From: Ranitomeya imitator
Lineage: Eukaryota
NCBI RefSeq assembly: GCF_032444005.1
Contig: NC_091287.1
Coordinates: forward strand, 408,270,001 to 408,334,000
Length of the DNA stretch: 64,000 nt
Direction: 5' to 3'
A model generated the notes under the pieces. It had not been told where the DNA came from. It did no database searches and saw only the letters and a list, made by a program, of their open reading frames with translations. Position 1 is the first letter of the stretch, and each line of letters begins with the position of its first letter. A program made the position numbers and the translations under genes. Positions 1 to 11,540 of this stretch are shown here, piece by piece.

Positions 1-890
1 AAGCTCTAGAGGCGAGCGCGGATTCCATTTTTATAGTTTGGATTACAGTTAGTACTAGCTGAGACCTGCGCGTCTGAGCTAATGTGATACCTCTCGCCAA
101 TACTCCACATCTCGTGTGGCATGGGTTTGGGATAGGTCTGTTGGGCTGTGCCGGCAGGGTTCTCTTTTCAGGATTTCATATAATGGTTCACCTTAAACAG
201 TAGAGCTGCGTATGGGGTCTTACTGGCTTCATGGGAGGAAAGTGTGCAAAAGAAAACCTAGGAGAGGCATCTATCCTACAAGAACACGTTTCACCCTTCA
301 ACGAGCCTTGCAGCGTGACCAAGCATAGAAACTAAGCCAGAAACTCAACTGTATACACTTCTCCCAAGAAGAATTGGCATGAGTCTCCATACTCAACTGG
401 TTTCTGCAAGGTGAATCAGCAACCCCCCTATGATGACTCATGGGGGTCACACTCAGTCAACCAACCTCTATTCCGCACTGATAAGGACCTACACCCCAAA
501 ACAGGCTGGCGAGGCATTGATCACCGGTTGTGCGTCAAGCCTTGTTAAAGCCTTGGACGCTAATTACAGCGCAGCTACCTCTGCTAGACTGTGCTATTTT
601 GTTCACTGATGGAGCTAATTTGCCTACTTGTCTCCCTGGGGCATGTAAGACTCAATACTCAGCTGCGTTCTTTGAGGCGTACCACTATTTCCACCAGTGC
701 GATTAAGTCACATAACTGAACGTAAACCAGATTAAAAATGTATTTGCCCAAGTAAAAATGTCATCAAACCATAAACTTCTAATTTCCAATGTTTAGGTTC
801 TGAAATAGAACAGCACAAATCTAAGCAAAAAAATGAAAGCAGTAACTGTACTGACTTACAGAAACTGACTGACCAGGACTGGAGATTTAA

Positions 891-1227
891 AGGGGTATTC
901 CCAACTCCAAGATCCTATCCCAATATGTAGTAGGTGTAATAATAATAATATTAGCAAATACCTCCAATTAGAAATGTAGTACAGCTTTTTGTCTCTTTCC
1001 TCATGTGCAGGCATTGCAGGACCTTAGGTATCCAAGGTTACGACCACTAGCAACCAGATACCCACCTGTCACCATATCAGTGGTCGTAACCATGGATACC
1101 TAAGGTCCTGCAATGCCTGCACATGAGGAAAGAGGCACAGTGAGTCAGAAAAACTATACTACATTACTAATTGGAGATATTTGATAATATTATTACATTT
1201 ACTACATATTGGGATGGGAATACCCAT
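891..1227. mobile_element. Palindromic TTAA-flanked MITE (T2/Kolobok-like)
   Basis: TTAA|AGGGGTATTCCCA ... TGGGAATACCCAT|TTAA; long internal inverted repeat (cctcatgtgcaggcattgcaggaccttaggtatcc / ggatacctaaggtcctgcaatgcctgcacatgagg). Confidence 0.8.
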
Positions 1228-1898
1228 TTAACTCCTTTAATCCAAACTCTGTGTCGGGTTATACAGTGCATTAATACTTATTTTAATTACTGCCTTTACC
1301 AATTTGACTATAAAAATCCCCATTAACTCTTAAGGGTTTACACTGATGTTTTGCATTTTTAGAAGTTTATCCTTGTACAACTGGACAAATAGAATACATT
1401 GAATTATTAACTTGCATTTAATATTTACATCACAACCACTGATTTTCTGGTGCCAGGCCACTGAAACCAAAGAGCATGAAAAGAGCTAACAGACAGAAAC
1501 CTTGTCTGCCGTGCTGAAACCAAAAGGTTCCAACTAAATACTAGTAAATATCACCAGCAAACAGGCAGGGAAGCAGCCGCTGCTGTAAAGACGGTCAACC
1601 CTTCAATAATTCCCCATTTACCGCTAACCCCACCTGCTTCACTTACGGAACCCGATTCTGCTTGTGCATGTACAAAGTGGAGGAGCTGAGGAACAAAGCT
1701 TGGAAGAGGCAATTTTGTTTTCGACTTGCAATGCAACTATTAGTTCATTAGCTTAATAAAAACTTTTTTATTCAAATATATTAAATTAAGATGGGTCTGC
1801 TAAAGTGGGATATTAAGTTTCTCCTTTTTGTTAAGCAAAAAGCATTATTATCAGTCTAGTATCTATGTTACTGGCTGGTATAAGATAGGTATGCCTAC

Positions 1899-2128
1899 CG
1901 GTACGGGGTCTTGAGCACGCGGCGGTCGAAGAATGATTCTCACTGTAACATGCCAAATCTCTTGGGTCTCTTCATCTTGGGCATACACCAAAAACTCGGT
2001 TTGGTTAGGAGGCGAGAGGTCAAAGGTTCTTGCAGCAAAAATCACCCCATCGTCATCGATTCGAAAATCTGTCGGGTTACTGGTTTCATACTTTATCCGT
2101 CTTTGTGAACCGCAATCTGTAAACATCA
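1899..2128 (-). CDS. cdh2: Internal coding exon of N-cadherin (cadherin-2) prodomain, equivalent to mammalian exon 3
   Basis: Translation (V)MFTDCGSQRRIKYETSNPTDFRIDDDGVIFAARTFDLSPPNQTEFLVYAQDEETQEIWHVTVRIILRPPRAQDPVP matches the CDH2 prodomain as I recall it (human [64 protein letters not shown]) better than CDH4. Acceptor ctcttttgttttatAG (AG at 2130-2129), donor CCG|GTAGGC (GT at 1898-1897); 230 nt, phase 1 to phase 0. Confidence 0.92.
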
Positions 2129-4378
2129 CTATAAAACAAAAGAGCAGACAGTAGGAGTCAGAACCAGAGGCATTTGTAGATAGCAGTAAAACAATCACTT
2201 AATCAATGGAAGATGCAGATGGGGAATACTCCACTGGAATGCAGAAAATACAGATCTGTTCAGGGGAAACAAAAAAAAATGAGCTAATATTGGCTGGCAG
2301 ATGACATGCTTATCGACAGAATCATTGCCTGCGATGGAGCATTTAGAACCACAAGTGGATCTGAAGATCGTTAACTGATGGTTTCTAAACCATCCCTCAA
2401 TGAATATCCTTACATACTGCCGGCTACTCTGTTCTTATCCTCCATAGAACCTGTCTGTAGTTAGGTAAAGACATAAAACTCCAGTAAAGAAATATTTGTG
2501 TTATTATTTTACTAAAGGGGTTGTCTATTGCGCCTATAATTGGTCAGGGGTCAAATAGAAATAGTTTAAGGAGCCGGAATAGCACAGCTCCATTCACTGT
2601 TTAATGGCCGCTCCTGATAACTGAAGCTCAGCTTCTACTAAAGTGAATAAGAGCTGATGTGACGTATCCGAGAACAGCCATAAGCAGTGTATAGAGTCAT
2701 GCCGCCCCATCTCCTCCACTACACACAGCCACTGGCAGCTGATAGGTCATCAATATCAGATCTATCCTAAGTATCGGTCATCAACATCAAATCCAACAAC
2801 CATCTATAAACATTATCTATCAGTCACTTAGACAGTCCTAAGAAGGTCTAGACCATGGACCCGCTAAAATCAGGATACAGTACAGTGAATTATGCCATGA
2901 AATCTTTAGTGGACTGTTCATGCGTAAAGTAAATTCCTTCAATCAAACTCTTTTTTTCTGTATATTCAACATCATTCTACTTTACAGGAATCCCTGGTCG
3001 AAGTTCCTCATTCTTTTGAAGGTCACTACAGAAATGTTTGCTGTAATTATTACACTTGTGAACATCAAACCCAGTCAATAGTTTTGTAATTTAATTTAAA
3101 ATATATCAAAATCAAAGCCAAAAATCACATACAAGAAGTATCCAAATACGAGAATAAAAAAACACACATGGTCACCTCTGTCTAAGCAATCAAGCAGCAA
3201 AAATAGAAGCAAAAATAGAATGCATTAATCCATCAATTGCCAATCCATTGACTATATTGCTTGTAAACACTAATCGTACAAATATGATTACCGTATATTA
3301 AATACGAATGTTCATAAAACTTTAAGAAACCCACTATCTGGGTATAGATAATAGATAGATACATAGATAGCTATGGGATAGATCGACAGATGTATAAGAT
3401 ATAAAGAGAAGATATTTATCATCCGGTAGTATGTCCCCATGTTTATACCCAATATTTCTCAATATTCTAGTGTTGGCATTATACTGGGGGATGACTGGTA
3501 ACTATAAGTCATTACCCATTATATTTTCTTTATTTCTCCTTTTATTGCTTTATTCATTTTTGTACCCCTTTTTCACAAAATGTTGCATTTAGGTAGGAAA
3601 TGTGTAACATCTATTGGTCTAGGCCACTATCCGCAGTTACATTGTGATGGCAGGCAGCGTTGTACCTAGGTACTTCAGTGTGGCACGCTAGGATACCATA
3701 CTATTTCATTTGAGTGATCACTACCGGCCGTAGCATTCCTCATACTGAACAACACTTGCCGGAGATTCACGTATCCAATCTGATTACCAACAACGTGGAG
3801 ATAGCCTGTTACTTTTGAACCTAAAACAAACTACTATAAAGGGAGCATATATGGTCTTCAGGTTGGTTGCTTAAATCCCAAAAGACTGGTTCCCAATTTT
3901 TGTGACTACCCTGAAGGTATCCTGCTTTTTATATGTATATCCTATACAGTATATACAAGTATATGGATATATACAGCGCTCAGCATAAATGTGCACTGTG
4001 AATTCATGACACCATCAATTAAATGCTCCCTAACAGCAGCAGTCTCATCTCACATAAGGGTTCTGCCACCACTATGTTTCACTGTAGGCACCATTCATTT
4101 TTCTAAATTCTTTTTCTAACTACAGGGTGCCTGCAGTAAACCATATTGGTCACAAAAAATACTCATCCTAGATAGTTTTTGATATGGGGCATATTCATTT
4201 TTGCATCTAAATAATTTGAGTAAGGCTGAAGATTTTGTAATGAATGTGATATCACTAACCTTGCTTTCATGTTATGGGTTAAACATGTTTTATGAAACTC
4301 AGTCAAAATTGTGGAAATTGTTCTTGTAAACAGAAGGCTATTCCTTTTCAGAGATGTACTTATTTAAGCAACTCATTG

Positions 4379-4379
4379 T

Positions 4380-4413
<34 letters not shown>

Positions 4414-4430
4414 ATATATATATATATATC
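4379..4430. repeat. (TA)n microsatellite
   Basis: Interrupted TA run. Confidence 0.9.
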
Positions 4431-4489
4431 CATATACATGTATATAAGAGGCATCGTGATTACTCGCTAATCCCATCCCCTGCACAGTA

Positions 4490-5412
4490 GCTCCGCCCCC
4501 ACCACATCACCACACATAATCCCGCCCCCAACCCATTACCACACACAATCCTGCCTCCACCCCATTACCAAACACAATTCCGCCCCCACCACATTACCGC
4601 ACACAATCCCGTCACCCACCACATTACCACACACAATCCCGCCCCCCACCACATTACCACACATAATCCCGCCCCCCACATTATCACACGAGGCTCCGTC
4701 CCCACACATTACCACACGAGGCTCCGTCCCCACATATTACCACATGAGGCTCCATCCCCACACTTTACCACACAAGGCACCATCCTCACACATTACCACA
4801 TGTCAGCTCCGTCCCCACACATTACCACACGAGGCTCCGTCCCCACACATTACCAAACGAGGCTCCGTCCTCACACATTACCACATGAGCCTCCGTCCCC
4901 ACACATTGCCACACGAGGCTCCGTCCTCACACATTACCACACAAGGCTCCGTCCTCACACATTACCACACAAGGCTCCGTCCTCACACATTACCACACGA
5001 GGCTCCGTCCTCACACATTACCACACAAGGCTCCGTCCCCCCACATTACCACATGAGGCTCCGTCCTCACACATTACAGTGATAATGTGTGCCAAACTGT
5101 AAAGCGCTGCGGAATATGTTAGCGCTATATAAAAATAAAGATTATTATTTATTACCACACGAGGCTCTGTCCCCACACATTACCACACGAGGCTCTGTCC
5201 ACACACATCACCACACAAGGCTCTGTCCTCACACATTACCACACGAGGCTCTGTCCTCACACATTACCACATGAGGCTCCGTCCCCACACATTACCACAC
5301 AAGGCTCCGTCCTCACACATTACCACACGAGGCTCCGTCCCCACACATTACCACACGAGGCTCCGTCCCCACATTACCACACGAGGCTCCGTCCCCACAC
5401 ATTACCACACGT
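4490..5412. repeat. Minisatellite, ~23-bp unit CACACATTACCACACGAGGCTCCGTCC
   Basis: Dozens of tandem copies, more degenerate at the left end; produces the HTLPHEAPS-type repeat ORFs. Confidence 0.92.
5078..5152 (+). mobile_element. 5'-truncated L2/SINE 3' tail inserted in the minisatellite
   Basis: tgtaaagcgctgcggaatatgttagcgctatataaaaataaag followed by an (ATT)n tail; similar tail to the SINEs at 7.9 and 42.2 kb. Confidence 0.65.
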
Positions 5413-7108
5413 TAATTTACCACCTGCGTAAGCGCTATTGAATGTTGTCATTATTTACTTTAGTTTAATCACCAGCAGCATTAATTAGATAGCAATGAGC
5501 GTGCCGAGCGTTAGCTAGCTGGAAACACCTAGTATATATATACTGTATATAGATAGATAGATAGATAGATATTATTGAATTTATACAAACATGCATATTT
5601 AATATAATGATATTTGTATGAATAGTGTTTACCGGCAGTTTCCAATAATCACACTAGAGAAACAGATTGGCCCAGTGTCAGGAGAGGTTGGACCTACAAA
5701 AATGTAAAAATGGAGAAGGGAGAATTGCTCTAAATCGAAGATGGATGAACCCCAGGAACATTTATTTCTTTGTACAGTCAATTTACCTTTATCTATATTT
5801 TAAAGTCCATTTTCTTAGATATTGCACTTACACTTAAATACACTATAAAATATTCAAAACAGTTTATGTTTGTTGGTTAAAATGTAAAATGAGAGCTGGC
5901 GCATCGTTAAAACTTTAATAAACAGGAGTATTATATAGAAATGCTGAAGTCTGCACTATTATAGAACTGCGGATGATTTGTCACAGGAAATAGACATTTT
6001 AATCAAATTAGGAAATGTCGTGAGAACAGCGAAAGTCGAAATTTCCCACAAAAAATTACTTTGATATAAACAATTCTTAGATTTTTATGAGCAAAGGGAT
6101 ATTCACCCAAATGGCCTACTTCTACATATTACCACTACTTATCATTTAATGGAAAAGCTGAAACGATTGCACAGTTCAGGCAACCACTTATGGAGAATGG
6201 CTCTGAAGGAAACATTTCTAATAGTAACAAGAGTTCCTCTCATACATGGAGCCTTTATCCGTTCCCAGCTGGAAAAAATGAATGTTGTATCCAGTACTTA
6301 ATGTACAATGCATTCTCATAAGGAAACATTAAAATGGAATAGACAGTTAAAAGTGTCGTTCTGCAGTTAGCGACTTCCATTCCCTTAACAATGTGACCTT
6401 ACATGGTGACCCCATTTGTCAAGGGCATGTTTTGAAATCCAGCAGCTGGGTAAGGAAACATATGGAATACCATGAATTAACCTTTAATGTCTAAAGCCAG
6501 AAGGGATATGCAAGACTCTTTCAAATGATACAGAAGAAGAAATGTAGAAAGAGACAAACTAACTACCCGCTGCAGCCATGAAACACGTCCTGTGATATCT
6601 TACTGCAGGAATTAGGTTTACACAGTTCGTGTTTGCCGAGTCCTGGATCCTGATTACTCCTATTTACATTAATATTACAACAGATCACATAGTACCAGTG
6701 CTGTATATGTAAGGATTAATAATCTAGGATGCGGGGGGCACGATATTAATGTAGGAAGTAATCATACAACAGATATTCATATTATTAACTGCAAGAAGCT
6801 CAAGGTCCAGCATATTACACGGCGCTGGGAAACATTCGAACTCCATGCGGATGTACCCGGGGGGTGAAACAACAGCGTGAACCTCTGAGCCACCGTGCTG
6901 CCCCCAAAGCTACAGTAAATTCTAATTTATGCTCGTGTTCTATCACAGGAGTCATTTTTTTGTTCTCTCGTGAAACGTGATTTTAAAATTTTGCACCACA
7001 GGACATGCCGCAAGGGAAATGAAGCGCTACATGGTGACCATTTCATCAGAACACTAAACTTGGAAATAAATGTTTAACTTAAACAAGAGATACAGCTATC
7101 CTCACTGT

Positions 7109-7355
7109 TAGAGATGAGTGAACTCCCGGAAGTCCGATTTAGTGTTCGGAGTTCAGATGTTGAGGAGAGAGAGAGGGAGAGAGAAAGACTTTTGCAAGCC
7201 CTTACGACGACCATTTTCCAGCACCAAAATTCGAGTCCCCATTGACTTCTTTCGGGTTCGGGTTCAAATTCAGGTAGAGTTCTATTACCAGAACTTTGGA
7301 CTAAAGTTCGCTCAAACCCAATTGACCTGAACATCCACAGGTCCACTAATCCCTA
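7109..7355. mobile_element. hAT-like MITE (TAGAGATGAGCG family)
   Basis: Termini TAGAGATGAGTG ... CACTAATCCCTA; internal GAACCCGAAC-type motifs shared with copies at 16.3, 28.9 and 44.7 kb. TSD only 5/8. Confidence 0.7.
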
Positions 7356-7884
7356 CTATGTGTCAGTAAGTAACATTTTTCTGATTGGGACATTTAAGCG
7401 GCATTTATACTTCAAGATAATGGTGAATAAGCGTTGATTTCTTGTGAAATGAATTTTTGTGCAGCACAATAGATCATCGTTCTCAGAATTGTCCTTTTTA
7501 AGCTGGACTCACACTGTTCAACACCATGCGCACCGCATCGTTTACTTTGGTCTGGCTGCATAACAAGGTTAACGACAACTGATCGGTAAAAGTTTACCAT
7601 TTGGCGGTTGTATTGTGCCTCCGGTTGGTTTGTGTACATGGACCCTTAGTTTTGTAGAAACACAGGGTTTACTTTATTGGTGATCAGCTTCATCTTCAGC
7701 TGGTGGCCAGCAGAGCCCCCAATTTTGTCTAAGGTGCGGGGCCTAAAGATCTTTTGTCCTACTACAGAGAGGACACATCAGAAAGGCTTTTGCTGCTCCT
7801 CAGTAAGACATAAAACAGTGAAGAGGAGAACATGGCTATGCTCTTGAGGTACATTGAAAACATTTTTGGTATATTTCCCAGATT

Positions 7885-8053
7885 TACTTATTGTACTTGC
7901 TTATATAGCGCCAACAATGCCACAGAGCTTTACAGTCATCATCATCATTGTCCTCATCGGGCATCATAATCTAAATTCCCTATTAGTATGTCTTTATGTT
8001 GTGGGAGGAAACCAGAAAACCCAGAGGAAACCAAAGCAAACACGGAGAGAACA
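7885..8053 (-). mobile_element. V-SINE-like element with L2-type tail
   Basis: Reverse complement reads atgttctctccgtgtttgctttggtttcctctgggttttctggtttcctcccacaac...ctgtaaagctctgtggcattgttggcgctatataag, i.e. a V-domain-like body plus L2 tail. Confidence 0.7.
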
Positions 8054-8777
8054 TTAATTGTAATATAAGGTAAAGTAGGAGCAAAGGAAATGAGGAGATG
8101 AAGGGAGGAATTACTGGGATACTATTTCATTTTTGGGGGCATTTTTGTGTTCCATCTCCCTTGAAGGGAACAGTACTATGTAAAATATGGTAGCGCTGAG
8201 TCCTCCACAGCTTGAAAACACTATTTGGTATTCCAAGTAGGAAAACTTCTGAAATTCCCTATGACATCCATTTAAATTAAAGGGAACCTGTCATAAGTTT
8301 TTTTTCCGATATAACCTACAGCCATCACCTTTCAGCCCCATGTGACAGCATTCTATAATGCTGCAAACAAGACTCCAATTCGCCTGCAAGGCAAAAAAAG
8401 ACCATTTATTATACTCACCTATAGGACGGTCCGGTCCGATGGGTGTTGCAGGTCTTGGTCCGGCACCTCCTCTCATAATGTGATGCTGTCCTCCTTCTGT
8501 GCTTTGTGTAGAAGTTGCATTCTACTTCATCCACACAGTGTTCTCCTTCGTGTTTCTGCACAGGCGCACTTCTCTCTGTCCTGCTGAGGGAAGAGCAAAG
8601 CACTGCAGTGCGCATGCGCAAATGCTCTTTTGACCTTTACCGGCACATGAACAGTGCAGTACTTTGCTCTGCCCTCGGCAGGACTGTGATAAGTGCGCCT
8701 GCGCAGAAGCGTGAAGAACACTGTGTGGATGCCTTCCAGGGCGAATTGGGGTCATATGTGTGGCATTATAGAATGCT

Positions 8778-9080
8778 AAATCAAGGAAAAGAGACAGCAT
8801 CCAAACCAGGTGAATCGTATCCAAAAAGCGGTCTTTATTCAGCCATAAAACAGATGCAACGTTTCGGCCACATTGGCCTTTGTCAAGCATGCTTGACAAA
8901 GGCCAATGTGGCCGAAACGTTGCATCTGTTTTATGGCTGAATAAAGACCACTTTTTGGATACGATTCACCTGGTTTGGATGCTGTCTCTTTTCCTTGATT
9001 TGTGACTTTGGGCCCGATTGGATCCTGGGACCCTTGGACGTGCATCCCGCATCTGAGTGCTGGTGGTCGATTTTTTCTAT
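8778..9080. mobile_element. 303-bp fold-back Penelope-like (pLTR) insertion with 15-bp TSD
   Basis: TSD GCATTATAGAATGCT at 8763-8777 and 9081-9095; 224-bp palindrome 8778-9001 (centre 8889/8890, one mismatch); AATAAA at 8940-8945; unique 3' tail 9002-9080. Confidence 0.75.
8889..8925 (+). ncRNA. Minimal type I hammerhead ribozyme motif (U3:A8 core variant); mirror copy on minus strand at 8854-8890
   Basis: ATGC-TTGACAA-A-GGCC aatgt GGCC-GAAA-CGTT-GCAT: stem I ATGC/GCAT, stem II GGCC/GGCC, palindromic helix III AACGTT, core U3 U4 G5 A6 C7 A8 A9. Confidence 0.65.
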
Positions 9081-9882
9081 GCATTATAGAATGCTGTCAC
9101 ACGGGGCTGAAAGGTGATGACCGTAGGTTATATAGGAAAAGACTGATGACAGGTCCCCTTTAAAGGCATTGAATAAAGAAAAATCAGCCCAAGTCCATAA
9201 AAGCAAAAAGCCTCTTCCCCCGCATCCTCTATTTTTTTTTAAATATCAGGTTGTGAGAACTCATAATAAATAAAACGATTGTATGTAAATGTAAGGAATC
9301 TCCAATTTCCAAGTATTTTTAGCAAAATGGCTTTTTTATTAGCAACTTTTCTAAATGAACAAAGAGCATACAGTGTACAGACTCAGAGAAAAATGCCCAA
9401 GGCTAAGAAAACCGCCTAACAGAGGATATTGTCCATAGTTAAAGGCAGGTGGCAAAGTGCCATGTGTGGGGTTTAGTTACGAGCTGGAAACGTCTTTCTT
9501 TGTGCGCGGTTACAGAACAGCGATGAGGCAGAGTAGCAGATATCAGGCACATTTAAGGGTCATACAACAATGGCCGCATACAAATAACTCACGGACAAAT
9601 CTAATAACTACGCCTATTAGCTGCATCACTTCATAACCTATGTTCTGACCTCCTTCATAAAGTATGGCAATGGGAAAATAGTGATGAGCAATTCTTATGT
9701 ATTATGTCATTGTTCTTCCTCTACAAGAACTACAGGCGGCACTGAGGGATGGCGAAGCGTGAAGTCACCTGCGGCACCACTGCACCAATGCTACATCCAC
9801 CGCTTCATCTTTTTTACTGCATGCAACAAACACATAAAAGTGGTTACTGAACTGCTCTACACACATGCTTCTTTATGGTTGC

Positions 9883-11540
9883 CGGAGTAGGGGAAGCTAT
9901 CGGCACAATACTCATGTGATAAGCCATTTTACCTCTGGAGTAGGGGAAGCTATCTGCACAATACTCATGTGATAAGTCATTTTACCTCCAGAGTAGGGGA
10001 AGCTATCTGCACAATACTCATGTGATAAGCCATTTTACCTCCGGAGTAGGGGAAGCTATCTGCACAATACTCATGTGATTAGCCATTTTACCTCCGGAGT
10101 AGGGGAAGCTATCGGCACAATACTCATGTAATAAGCCATTTCACCTCTGGAGTAGGGGAAGCTATCTGCATAATACTCATGTGATAAGCCATTTCACCTC
10201 TGGAGTAGGGGAAGCTATCTGCATAATACTCATGTGATTAGCCATTTCACCTCTGGAGTAGGGGAAGCTATCTGCACAATACTCATGTGATAAGCCATTT
10301 TACCTCCGGAGTAGGGGAAGCTATCTGCACAATACTGATGTGATAAGCCATTTTGCCTCTGGAGTTGGGGAAGCTATCTGCACAATACTCATGTGATAAG
10401 CCATTTTGCCTCCAGAGTAGGGGAAGCTATCGGTACAATACTCATGTGATAAGCCATTTTGCCTCCGGAGTTGGGGAAGCAATCTGCACAATACTCGTGT
10501 GATAAGCCATTTCGCCTCTGGAGTAGGGGAAGCTATCTGCACAATACTCGTGTGATAAGCCATTTCACCTCTGGAGTAGGGGAAGCTATCTGCACAATAC
10601 TCGTGTGATAAGCCATTTCACCTCTGGAGTAGGGGAAGCTATCTGCACAATACTCGTGTGATAAGCCATTTTGCCTCTGGAGTAGGGGAAGCTATCGGCA
10701 CAATACTCGTGTGATAAGCCATTTTGCTTCCAGAGTAGGGGAAGCTACAGTATCTGCACAATAATAATGTGATTAGCCATTTTGCCTCTGGAGTAGGGGA
10801 AGCTATCTGCACAATACTCGTGTGATAAGCCATTTCACCTCTGGAGTAGGGGAAGCTATCTGCACAATACTCGTGTGATAAGCCATTTTGCCTCTGGAGT
10901 AGGGGAAGCTATCGGCACAATACTCGTGTGATAAGCCATTTTGCTTCCAGAGTAGGGGAAGCTACAGTATCTGCACAATAATCATGTGATTAGCCATTTT
11001 GCTTCCGGAGTAGGGGAAGCTATCTGCACAATACTCGTGTGATAAGCGATTTCACCTCTGGAGTAGGGGAAGCTATCTGCACAATACTTGTGTGATAAGC
11101 CATTTCGCCTCTGGAGTAGGGGAATCTATCTGCACAATACTCGTGTGATAAACCATTTCACCTCTGGAGTAGGGGAAGCTATCGGCACAATACTCGTGTG
11201 ATAAGCCATTTTGCTTCCAGAGTAGGGGAAGCTACAGTATCTGCACAATAATCATGTGATTAGCCATTTTGCTTCCGGAGCAGGGGAAGCTATCTGCACA
11301 ATACTCGTGTGATAAGCGATTTCACCTCTGGAGTAGGGGAAGCTATCTGCACAATACTTGTGTGATAAGCCATTTCGCCTCTGGAGTAGGGGAATCTATC
11401 TGCACAATACTCGTGTGATAAACCATTTCACCTCTGGAGTAGGGGAAGCTATCGGCACAATACTCATGTGATTAGCCATTTTGCTTCCAGAGTAGGGGAA
11501 GCTATCTGCACAATACTCATGTGATAAGCCATTTTGACTC
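9883..11540. repeat. Minisatellite, 53-bp unit GGAGTAGGGGAAGCTATCTGCACAATACTCATGTGATAAGCCATTTTACCTCC
   Basis: About 30 tandem copies with recurring variant units. Confidence 0.95.

Larger units (their letters stand above)
8281..9159. mobile_element. TTAA-flanked T2/Kolobok-like MITE, interrupted by a ribozyme-bearing insertion
   Basis: TTAA|AGGGAACCTGTCA ... TGACAGGTCCCCT|TTAA; internal inverted segments. Confidence 0.8.

Noticed and set aside
1-1898. Search for cdh2 exon 4 (RQKRDWVIPP)
   Set aside because: Not found; it presumably lies left of the window.
1863-2198. 111-aa ORF as a standalone gene
   Set aside because: Only 1899-2128 is cadherin-like and it is bounded by splice sites; the rest is intronic read-through.
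4536-5274. His/Pro-rich and Gly/Val-rich ORFs
   Set aside because: Translations of the 23-bp minisatellite.
8515-9084. Two opposite-strand ORFs with identical C-termini (NQGKETASKPGE...LHLFYG)
   Set aside because: A direct consequence of the 224-bp DNA palindrome, not a gene pair.
9883-11540. Regular repeats resembling a CRISPR array
   Set aside because: Head-to-tail units with no unique spacers, in vertebrate DNA with no cas genes.
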